The position numbers and the translations under genes are program-made. The notes beneath the pieces are model-generated. The model did not search any database. It saw only the letters and a program-made list of their open reading frames with translations, and was not told the origin of the DNA. From IMG/VR virus record IMGVR_UViG_3300011409_000003, positions 1-56,330 of that record: a DNA stretch of 56,330 nucleotides, one strand, 5' to 3'. Position 1 is the first letter of the stretch; each line of letters begins with the position of its first letter. This document shows, one piece after another, positions 8,563-16,443 of the stretch. This DNA is from a virus.

Positions 8563-9227
8563 GCTGCGAGGTACCAGCGCATCGGGCGTTCGTCGCCGCC
8601 GCGCACGCCGGGAATCTTCCCGTACCGGAGCCAAGCCGGGAGGGCGCTGCGCGCGAGTGAGTCGTTATGGTAGTGGTGTTTGATCCGGTCAACGAGCTGC
8701 CGCGTCGTCAGACCCGCCGGCGTTTCCTTTAGGGCGCGGTGAATCTCGGCGATCGTCGCCTTGAATGGGGACCAGAACTTACCCTCGTTGTTGCCAGCGG
8801 CCGCGTAGGTACGCGTCTCATCACACAGGCGGTCGCGCAACCAATACTTCGTCGGCGTCTGGCGCCATAGTTTCGGCGCAAGCTCCTCGCGCACTTCGGT
8901 CTCTCCAGAGTAACGGCACGCGACCTCAATCAGACCGATACCCCAGTCCTGCAGAACCGCCCGCGCCGTGAAACGTTCGGTCCGGTTGCGGTAGCGAGAT
9001 GGCTCCGGAGTGGCAACGCTCACGCGATTGGCGTAGCCCAACCAATTCCGGGCCTGTCCAAGTACGCTGAGACCAAGCGACATCTTCGTCTCGATGACGT
9101 AGAGCAGCGGCCCTTTGACCGCGACAATGTCGGCACGCGGACCGGGTCCGCCAACTTCTTGGTGAACGTCCCAGCCGAGGTCGCGCAAATAGGCGACCAC
9201 CGCAGCGGCCAGTTCGGTTTCCTTCAT
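8559..9227 (-). CDS. PD-(D/E)XK nuclease, Hjc/MmcB-like (possible Holliday junction resolvase)
   Basis: ELAAAVVAYLRDLGWDV...RADIVAVKGPLLYVIETKMS gives a D...ExK arrangement; replication-module context. Confidence 0.55.
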   Translation of the reverse strand: MKETELAAAVVAYLRDLGWDVHQEVGGPGPRADIVAVKGPLLYVIETKMSLGLSVLGQARNWLGYANRVSVATPEPSRYRNRTERFTARAVLQDWGIGLIEVACRYSGETEVREELAPKLWRQTPTKYWLRDRLCDETRTYAAAGNNEGKFWSPFKATIAEIHRALKETPAGLTTRQLVDRIKHHYHNDSLARSALPAWLRYGKIPGVRGGDERPMRWYLAA

Positions 9228-11128
9228 GCCGCAGCCGCCAAGTCCTGCAGCTTCGTTTCCGCGTGGCCCCAGTCCTTGCCGTACGTTACCTCCGCGAGCA
9301 CCGGGACCTGCAGCTTGCAGTCCTGCATCAACTCGCGCACGCGGCGGCCAAACGGGACGAGCTGATCGGGTGCGACGCTCCAGTCGAATTCATCGTGGAC
9401 CGTCATGTGCAGCAGCGCGCCGTGCTCTTTGGCGATCGATCGGAGACCGACGAGCGCCTGCTTCACGAGATCGGCTTCGCTGCCCTGCAGCAGCGCGTTG
9501 AGTCCCTTGTGGCAACCGACGTGTTTCTCGTTGTCGCGAACCGACCAGCCGCGGGCCTTCGCGTCCTCGGCCGATGGGAACCGGCGCACGCGGCCGCCAT
9601 AGGTGACGATCTCGCCCTTGTCATTCGCTCGGCGTGACGCGGCGTCGTAGGTGGCGCGGACGTCCGGCAGCTTGGAATGGTACTCATCGAGGATTCGCTC
9701 GGCCGCGGCTTCCGATCGGCCGAGCTTCTTGGCCAGCTTCTTCTTCCCCATCCCAAAGACGCAGCCGAAGTTGATGTGCTTGGCGTCATCGCGTGGGATA
9801 GCTGTTATCCCCGCCGTGACGAGGTGGAAATCGACCTCGCCCGTCTTAGGGTCGAGCGCCCACTGCGGCCGCTCATGGTAGGTCCGGGCCAGCGACTTGT
9901 GGCCGATGCGGGCGGCGTAGTGCGCCAAGAAGCGGAACTGAATCTGCGAGTAGTCGGCCTTCAGCCAGTGCCAGCCGCGGTGGTAGGGCACGAAGAGGCC
10001 GCGAATCTGCGGGGCAAACTCTTTGTTGCGCTTCGGCAGATTCTGCAGGTTGAGCGAGCCGTCGCTCAGTCCGGAGGAGAAGCGGCCGGAGACGGCGCCG
10101 AAGTCATCCCCTCTCAGCGCGTGGAATTCTCCGTGGACAATGCCGGTCTCGTCCGCGTTGCCGATGATGTAGGTCCGGACGAAGGTGTCACGGTAGTGCG
10201 TGAGCCGCCGCAGCTTCACGAGCGTTTGCGCGAGCGGGTGGGAGACGTGCTCCAAGTCCTCCGACTCGATCGACGGGTTGCCCTTCGCCGTCGTCTTGAC
10301 CGGGATGCCGTTGCGCTCGAATACGGCCGCGATCTCGCGCGTCTTGCCCGGATCGGCGCCGCCACTCAGGCGGTCCCATGTCTCGCGGAGGATGGTCAGT
10401 TGCGCGGTCAGGGCCTTGTCGAGCGCATGCGCCGCGTCCAGGTCGACGCGCACCCCGGTGAGGTGCATCTCGGTCACGATCGGGATGATCGCGGTCTCGA
10501 GGCCGTAGATTGGGTCGAGCCCTTGGGCGGTCACGAGCGGCCGCAGGTGGTCGTAGAGCGCGAGGGTCAACTCGGTGTCGCCTTGCGCATACGGCCCCAC
10601 GATGTGGTGGGGCGCCCGCCAGTAGTTCTTCGCCTGATCCTTCCGCGTCGCCCGGCCGCCAAAGGCGGAGGTGCACCACTCGTTCAGGGCATCGTCGCTC
10701 TTTTCGCGACCGAGGTACTTCTTGGACAGCGCGTTGAGCGAGAACGCGGGCTCAAGCTCGTTCAGGATCGGCGCCGCGACCTGCGTGTCCTCGATGCGGC
10801 CGCGCGGCACAATGCCAGAGTAAGCCAGCAGCCTCAGGTCAAAAGGTGCGTTATGAAAAACCTTGAGCTGATGCTCCCGTGTGAACTCTTGCTCTGCCCA
10901 GCGTCGGACTTCTTCGAAGGAGTGATTGTTGGCGGCAGTTGGGGCGTCGAAGATCGACCCAATCGTTCTGGTGTCGTGCCCGAAGCCGGCGTAGTAGGAC
11001 ATTCCATCTGGAGTAGCTACCGAAATGCCAACGACGCGGTCACGATAGCCGAGGCCGGTAGTTTCGGTATCAACGGAAAAGCGATCATAGCGAGATAGGT
11101 CAGGCAACATTCTTCCGCCACCGAGCAT
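9224..11128 (-). CDS. Family A DNA polymerase with 3'-5' exonuclease domain
   Basis: FSVDTETTGL (Exo I); RDDAKHINFGCVFGMG (motif B); HMTVHDEFDW (motif C); 634 aa; start may be Met7 (11110). Confidence 0.9.
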   Translation of the reverse strand: MLGGGRMLPDLSRYDRFSVDTETTGLGYRDRVVGISVATPDGMSYYAGFGHDTRTIGSIFDAPTAANNHSFEEVRRWAEQEFTREHQLKVFHNAPFDLRLLAYSGIVPRGRIEDTQVAAPILNELEPAFSLNALSKKYLGREKSDDALNEWCTSAFGGRATRKDQAKNYWRAPHHIVGPYAQGDTELTLALYDHLRPLVTAQGLDPIYGLETAIIPIVTEMHLTGVRVDLDAAHALDKALTAQLTILRETWDRLSGGADPGKTREIAAVFERNGIPVKTTAKGNPSIESEDLEHVSHPLAQTLVKLRRLTHYRDTFVRTYIIGNADETGIVHGEFHALRGDDFGAVSGRFSSGLSDGSLNLQNLPKRNKEFAPQIRGLFVPYHRGWHWLKADYSQIQFRFLAHYAARIGHKSLARTYHERPQWALDPKTGEVDFHLVTAGITAIPRDDAKHINFGCVFGMGKKKLAKKLGRSEAAAERILDEYHSKLPDVRATYDAASRRANDKGEIVTYGGRVRRFPSAEDAKARGWSVRDNEKHVGCHKGLNALLQGSEADLVKQALVGLRSIAKEHGALLHMTVHDEFDWSVAPDQLVPFGRRVRELMQDCKLQVPVLAEVTYGKDWGHAETKLQDLAAAA

Positions 11129-11495
11129 GCGACACCCGCGTCATCCGCTCCCGCCGTTCTTCCGGCGTCCAAGTCGCCCACCGCTGACGCGCCATGGCGC
11201 TTTGATATGCTGGGTCCTGCCATCTTAGAGTCTGTCGCTTCTGTCCAACTTCCGAAGGAGTCAGGCTGAGAAGTACGTAGCCGCGACGGCGCAGCACTCT
11301 CGCCAACGCGGTCTCTGTGCGCTCCCGTTGCTGGCGAGTCGCGTCTGGCATCGTGCGAACTACGACGTATTCAGCAGCGTTAGGCCACACCCACGCGTCG
11401 CGGTGTTCTCGGAATCGCGCCTCGACGTCGCGGGATTGCCCGGCATAAGCGTAAAACGTCCCAGTCAAATAGATGACGTAGACGCCTGCGATCAT
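11100..11495 (-). CDS. GIY-YIG homing-endonuclease-like protein
   Basis: GVYVIYLTGTFYAYAGQSRDVEARFREHRD; wedged between the polymerase and helicase genes with overlapping ends. Confidence 0.75.
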   Translation of the reverse strand: MIAGVYVIYLTGTFYAYAGQSRDVEARFREHRDAWVWPNAAEYVVVRTMPDATRQQRERTETALARVLRRRGYVLLSLTPSEVGQKRQTLRWQDPAYQSAMARQRWATWTPEERRERMTRVSHARWRKNVA

Positions 11496-14059
11496 GCTGC
11501 CTCATCCGTGACGTCGTCCTCAAGGTCGAACAGGCTGGGCACGCCGCGCTGTTGCGAAGCGGCTTCACAGTAGCGGACCGCCTCCGCGTGATAGGTCGCG
11601 CTGAGCTCCACGCCGAGGCCTCGCCGGCCGAGCTTGACCGCGCAATACGGGACGGTCCCGAGCCCCGCGAACGGATCGAATACCGTCTCGCCCGCCATCG
11701 AATGCTGGACGATCAACCGGTCGACGATATCGAACTGCAGCGGGCACAGGTGCATCTCCCTGTTTTTCTGGCTCTGAAACGTGTTCAGCGTGCGCATGCG
11801 CGCGACGTCGGTCCAGACGTCCGGATGCCACGAATGGGGCGGCATCAGCGCGAACGTCACCGGCAGCATTCGGCGTTCCAACAGCGATTGCACCAGCGCG
11901 ATATGCTGCTCGTAGTCGTACGTCTCCGTGAGGCTGTACTTCCGGAACAGCTTGTAGATCGCCGCGTGCGGAATCCCTTCGAGATCGGTCGGTGCGAGCA
12001 GCCGGTTCCCGCTCGAGCGCGCGAAGCCGTTCGCGTCGACCTGCCAGCGCGCCAGCGTATAGCGTGACTTGTCCTTGACCACGGGTGTGTCGGCGTAGCC
12101 ATTGCTCGAATCGGTGGGCGGCTTGCGGAACAGCAGGACGTATTCCGGCATCCCGCATCCCATCCGCGACCCGTCCTTACACTGCTCGGTCCAGCCGAGC
12201 CGGTACGTCTGGTTGTTCTCGCGGACGACGTCGGTCACGATCGTCTTCATGCCGAGGTAGGCGAAGCCGTGTTTCTGGTAGTGCGAGATCGCTTCCGCGT
12301 GGAAGGGGGCCACGGTCTGGAAGCCGAGGCCGGTCAGGCCGCCGGGCACGATCCGGTCCTTCACGTGAATGGCGCAGACCCGGCCGGGCTGCAGGACCCG
12401 CAGCATCTGCGGGGTGAGGAAGTCCATCTGCTCCCAGAAATGGGCATTGCTTTCCGTGTGCCCGAAGTCGTTGTAGCTCGGCGTGTACTCGTACTGGGTC
12501 GCGAACGGGATACTCGTGATGATCAGATCGACGCTGTTGTCGGGCAGCTGCGCGGTCTCGTCAACCGCGTCGTTATTGATCAGCCGGTAGTGCTCGCCCG
12601 AGGCCTCGGCGCGCGTCACTCCGATGGAGCGCTGCAGCGACGACAGCATGGCCGCCTGGGACAGCCCGTATTCGCGGATGATCTCGCCCATCTTGGCGAC
12701 GAGTTCGTTGTGCTTCTGCCACTTGCCTTCGAGGATCTTCCGAACCTCGCGCTCGGCTTCCGTATAGATGAAGTCGACGGTGCAGGGCTGCTCCTGCAGG
12801 AACCGGTAGATGCGGTGAACCGCCTGGATCACCTCGGCGAACTTGAAGCCGATCCCGGCGAAGAACATCCGATGACACTGCTGGAGGTTGACGCCGGCGC
12901 CGTACATCATCGGCTTGCTGAGAAAGACGGTAGTCTTGTTGTCCCGCCAGGCCTGCAGCAGCTCCTCACGAGTGTCGACGTCCTGCGCGCCGTACAGCGA
13001 GGTCGCGCTCAGCCCTTCAGCCGTCAGCGCGCCTTCGATCGCCTCCTGCTCATCGTTCAGGTCGCACCAAACGACCGCCTGCTCACGGGACGCGCCGACG
13101 AGCTCCCGCAGCTTAGTGATGCGGGCCGGAATACTTTCCCGCTTCTCGCGCGCGGCCGCGGTGACGCCCAGAGAGGTATCGTGGAGGAGGCGGCCCTGGC
13201 CGTCGCGCTCGGAGACCACGGTCGACGACTGCGCGGGCAGCTCGTGCCAGCGCACTTCCAGCGGGGGCAGCAGGTAGCCGTCGTCGCTGTAGCCGAGGTC
13301 GGACGGCTTCTGAATGAACATTGCCCAGCTGGCGACCCACAACCAGAACTCGCGCTCCTTGTGGGGGTGCAGCGTGAGTACGTCAGCCTTGGTACTATCC
13401 CGCTTGAAGAAGCGCGTCTTGGCCTGGCCAACATCCATGACGTCAAGGAACGCGGCATAGCTCAGGAGCTCGATGTATTCGTTGGGACTCGGCGTTGCGG
13501 TGGCCACGAACCGATAGCTCGCGGTGCCCTCGTAGAGCCGCATGAACTCCCGGAAGGTCTTCGTTCCGCCGAAGCCGCGAAGGACCGCCGCCTCGTCCAG
13601 CGATACGGCAGTGAAGCCTCGCGGGTCGAGCTTGCCGTCGCGGACCGATTCGTAGTTGGTCAAATAGATGCCATCGGCCGTCGCGTCTTCGACGCTCCTG
13701 ATGAATGTTACCGTGAGACCGAGCTTGGCGGCGTCCTTGTAGAACTCGGAGCGGACCCCGAGCGGCATCACGATCAGGCCCTTCCCACCGCCCGACTTCT
13801 CTAGGACCAGCCGGACAGCCTCCAACTGCATCATCGTCTTGCCGAGGCCGAACGCGGCGAAGATGGCGCGTCGCCCGCCGCGGACCGCCCAGGCGACGAC
13901 GTCTCGCTGGTGCGGCTTCAGGATCGGATTGACTTCATCCGGGTCGCAGTCGAAGCCGATCGGCTTGGCGAGTGCCGCCTTGGCTTCGAGGAAGGCGCGA
14001 TAGGACGGACCCTTCAGGGCGTTCTTCAAGGCCTGCATCAGGTCGATCACTTTGTTCAC
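11492..14059 (-). CDS. SNF2-family helicase fused to an N6/N4-type (beta-class) DNA methyltransferase
   Basis: FGLGKTMMQ and SLDEAAVLR (helicase motifs I/II); QAVHRIYRF (VI); DLIITSIPFATQYEY (MTase motif IV); FDPFAGLGTV (motif I). Confidence 0.85.
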   Translation of the reverse strand: MNKVIDLMQALKNALKGPSYRAFLEAKAALAKPIGFDCDPDEVNPILKPHQRDVVAWAVRGGRRAIFAAFGLGKTMMQLEAVRLVLEKSGGGKGLIVMPLGVRSEFYKDAAKLGLTVTFIRSVEDATADGIYLTNYESVRDGKLDPRGFTAVSLDEAAVLRGFGGTKTFREFMRLYEGTASYRFVATATPSPNEYIELLSYAAFLDVMDVGQAKTRFFKRDSTKADVLTLHPHKEREFWLWVASWAMFIQKPSDLGYSDDGYLLPPLEVRWHELPAQSSTVVSERDGQGRLLHDTSLGVTAAAREKRESIPARITKLRELVGASREQAVVWCDLNDEQEAIEGALTAEGLSATSLYGAQDVDTREELLQAWRDNKTTVFLSKPMMYGAGVNLQQCHRMFFAGIGFKFAEVIQAVHRIYRFLQEQPCTVDFIYTEAEREVRKILEGKWQKHNELVAKMGEIIREYGLSQAAMLSSLQRSIGVTRAEASGEHYRLINNDAVDETAQLPDNSVDLIITSIPFATQYEYTPSYNDFGHTESNAHFWEQMDFLTPQMLRVLQPGRVCAIHVKDRIVPGGLTGLGFQTVAPFHAEAISHYQKHGFAYLGMKTIVTDVVRENNQTYRLGWTEQCKDGSRMGCGMPEYVLLFRKPPTDSSNGYADTPVVKDKSRYTLARWQVDANGFARSSGNRLLAPTDLEGIPHAAIYKLFRKYSLTETYDYEQHIALVQSLLERRMLPVTFALMPPHSWHPDVWTDVARMRTLNTFQSQKNREMHLCPLQFDIVDRLIVQHSMAGETVFDPFAGLGTVPYCAVKLGRRGLGVELSATYHAEAVRYCEAASQQRGVPSLFDLEDDVTDEAA

Positions 14060-15630
14060 GCAGCCTCCTGTAATGGTTGGGAGGCGACGTTGACGGTGAC
14101 GAGCGCCATCACTTCTTCAGGGGGGACGCTGTTGCCGATGAGTCGGACCATCGCCGTCTTGGTCCGGGCCGCGGAGAGGTCGTAGTCCTTCGCGAAGGTG
14201 CCGAACTGCGCCGCTAGCAGCTCGTGCGGCTCCAACATCCGCATGCCAATGTCCACGATCTGATAGTCGACGCCTTCGATCGTGACGAGGCCCAGCCGGT
14301 CCTTCGTCGTAATCGTTCGCATGGGATCAGTCGCCGACTGACCAACGCCCTGGCCGTAGTAGGTAATAAGGAAGGCGCGGACCTCGGCGAGGTGCCCACC
14401 CTTGGCCGTTATAGTGGGCATGGGTTGATTCAGGGGTAGACCGTGATCGTCGTGATTGAAGCGAATTAGCGAAGCAGCGGTCACGCTATTGTGGTCGCGA
14501 GCCGTCACAGTGGGCATCGGTAGGTCCAACTGCTGCCCGACGACGCCTGTGAAGTGCTTATTAAGGAAGGCGGAAACGAGCGCGTGTTTGGACGCGCCAG
14601 CGACGACCGTCCCAAGCGGCTTCTCTATGTCCAGAGCGCGCGGTTTCTGCCCCTCACGCTCGCCCCAGCCGGTCTGAATCAGCGTCGGAGCCACCAAAGC
14701 ATGGCCGCGGCGCTGTGCCGTCACCGTGCTCATCGGCTCTTCCAGCGACTCGCCGCGAGGCTGCTGCCCACCGTGATTGACTTTGATCAGCGACGGAGCG
14801 ACGGAGCGACTAGCGCGCGATCCATTCTTCGCCGTAATCGTACCAACCGGCTCAGCTGCGCCGGTCGGATCGGACTGTCCGGCGCGGCCGCCAACGCCGA
14901 CAATGAACGGTTGCGGATTGTGGAGGACGAAGCGCTTGATCCCTTCCGCGATCCGCCATTGCGTCTTTTCGGCGAGCGGTTTCTTCCGCTCAAAGATCGA
15001 GGGGCAGGGCAGCGTCCAGTCGATGCACTGCGCCGCGGTCCGGAACGGCAGCAATCCGGGGCCGTGCGTCGCGTCGGGCCAGACGATCGGCAGGCCATCC
15101 CGACGAGCGACGATAAACAGTCGGCGCCGCTTCGTCGGTGCACCGTAGCGGGACGCATCGAGGATCCGATGGTCGACCGTGTAGCCAAGCTTCTCCAGCG
15201 ATCGCTTCCAGCGCAGGAAGGTCTCGCCCATCCGCGCCTTGACCGGGCGACCGTCCTCGCCGAGCGGGCCCCAGCCTTTGAACTCGGCCACGTTCTCCAG
15301 CATGATGATCGTCGGACGCGTGTCCTTGGCCCAGCGGACGACGGCCCACGCGAGTGCGCGAATCCCCTTGCTCCGCGGCTTCCCGCCCTTGGCGACGCTG
15401 AAGTGCGTGCAATCGGGCGAGGCCCAGAGGAAGTCAACCGGCCTGCCTTCTGTGGCGTCCCTCGGCCGAACCGACCAGATATCGGCCTCGAGATGGCGGG
15501 TCTCTGGATGGTTCTGCTTGTGGACCGCGAGCGCGATCGGATCGTGGTTCAGCGCGAGGTCGACGCGCCGTCCGAGTGCCTTCTCAATCCCAAGGGAGGC
15601 GCCGCCGCCCCCGGCGAAGAGGTCGATCAC
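14056..15630 (-). CDS. C5-cytosine DNA methyltransferase with an expanded variable region (six tandem TRD-like modules)
   Basis: DLFAGGGGAS (motif I), ASPDCTHFS (IV), MLENV (VI), LIGNSVPP (X). GTG 15630 lies just after the upstream stop; the listed ORF extends to 15747. Confidence 0.9.
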   Translation of the reverse strand: MIDLFAGGGGASLGIEKALGRRVDLALNHDPIALAVHKQNHPETRHLEADIWSVRPRDATEGRPVDFLWASPDCTHFSVAKGGKPRSKGIRALAWAVVRWAKDTRPTIIMLENVAEFKGWGPLGEDGRPVKARMGETFLRWKRSLEKLGYTVDHRILDASRYGAPTKRRRLFIVARRDGLPIVWPDATHGPGLLPFRTAAQCIDWTLPCPSIFERKKPLAEKTQWRIAEGIKRFVLHNPQPFIVGVGGRAGQSDPTGAAEPVGTITAKNGSRASRSVAPSLIKVNHGGQQPRGESLEEPMSTVTAQRRGHALVAPTLIQTGWGEREGQKPRALDIEKPLGTVVAGASKHALVSAFLNKHFTGVVGQQLDLPMPTVTARDHNSVTAASLIRFNHDDHGLPLNQPMPTITAKGGHLAEVRAFLITYYGQGVGQSATDPMRTITTKDRLGLVTIEGVDYQIVDIGMRMLEPHELLAAQFGTFAKDYDLSAARTKTAMVRLIGNSVPPEEVMALVTVNVASQPLQEAA

Positions 15631-15638
15631 GAGACCGT

Positions 15639-15980
15639 TCAGGCGGCCTCCGGCTTGCCGAGGGATATGCCGCGGCGGATGAGCTTCTGGTGAATGTCGA
15701 TCAGGTCCAGTCCGTGGCGTGACCCAGCGGCCGCGATCTGCCGGCACACCGAGAAGGCCTCGTCGGCCAGCGTCTCGGGCAGTCCCAAGCCCTTCAGCCG
15801 ATGCTCGAGCATCTCTGCGTATCGGATCAGACCGACGAGCTCGTTGATCGCATAGTCGATGACGTCACGCGCTGGGTCGCCGCCAGGCGCCAACCCATCG
15901 ATGCCGTATTTCCGGATGCACTTCGCGCGTTCCGCCGCGCGCCGGGCGCGGAATTCGGAGAGGACCGTATCTTGCGACAC
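15639..15980 (-). CDS. Hypothetical helical protein
   Basis: 113 aa; GTG start one nt after the upstream stop; operon context. Confidence 0.45.
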   Translation of the reverse strand: MSQDTVLSEFRARRAAERAKCIRKYGIDGLAPGGDPARDVIDYAINELVGLIRYAEMLEHRLKGLGLPETLADEAFSVCRQIAAAGSRHGLDLIDIHQKLIRRGISLGKPEAA

Positions 15981-15981
15981 G

Positions 15982-16230
15982 CTACGATGCCCTCAGACAC
16001 GCGACTGCTTCGCCTGCAATAGCGGGAGCAGGGGTCTGATTTTCGAACCCGCCGCGCGGCGCCGGTTCAAAGTCGCGTGCTGGGGTTTGTACGGATTCGC
16101 TTCCCAGCCAACACCGCAAACAGCGCCATCCGCTAGGAGTGGCGAGATGCCGACCCGCTAGCGTGGTTCGCGGGGATTGGGCGCTGCAACCTCCGCAGCG
16201 GTAGCGCCGCGCGTAGTTCAGCACGATCAT
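15982..16230 (-). CDS. Small Cys-rich hypothetical protein
   Basis: ATGA-coupled ATG at 16230; YRCGGC ... LRCW. Confidence 0.35.
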   Translation of the reverse strand: MIVLNYARRYRCGGCSAQSPRTTLAGRHLATPSGWRCLRCWLGSESVQTPARDFEPAPRGGFENQTPAPAIAGEAVACLRAS

Positions 16231-16430
16231 GCCCACGCCTCAATCGTCTGGTCACGCAGTTCGGTTGCGGCGATACGGAACGCATTCGCATCGACCCGGC
16301 GCTGTGCGTCGCACGCAGGGACGATATTAGGCGTCCGCGCCTGCTCTTCGAGCCAGTCCGCAACCGCCCGCACAATGCTGCGGTGCTCGTTGTGATTGGC
16401 GTGGCGGGCAATGAATTCCCTCAAGTGCAT
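16227..16430 (-). CDS. Hypothetical protein
   Basis: ATG 16430 lies 13 nt after the primase stop, preceded by GGAAGA; MHLREFIARHANHNEH... Confidence 0.45.
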   Translation of the reverse strand: MHLREFIARHANHNEHRSIVRAVADWLEEQARTPNIVPACDAQRRVDANAFRIAATELRDQTIEAWA

Positions 16431-16443
16431 TGATTCATCTTCC

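Noticed and set aside
9677-11098. Long plus-strand ORF (473 aa) antisense to the DNA polymerase. Similar long antisense ORFs: 12269..13804, 14554..15693, 18891..19988, 22765..23511, 26466..27461, 4622..5557, 5575..6555, 35028..35810, 36039..36893 and 45025..45783.
   Set aside because: All are codon-aligned mirror frames of genes with clear motifs. Their translations are Arg/Ala/Gly/Pro-rich with no recognisable domains. Stop-poor antisense frames are expected in GC-rich DNA.
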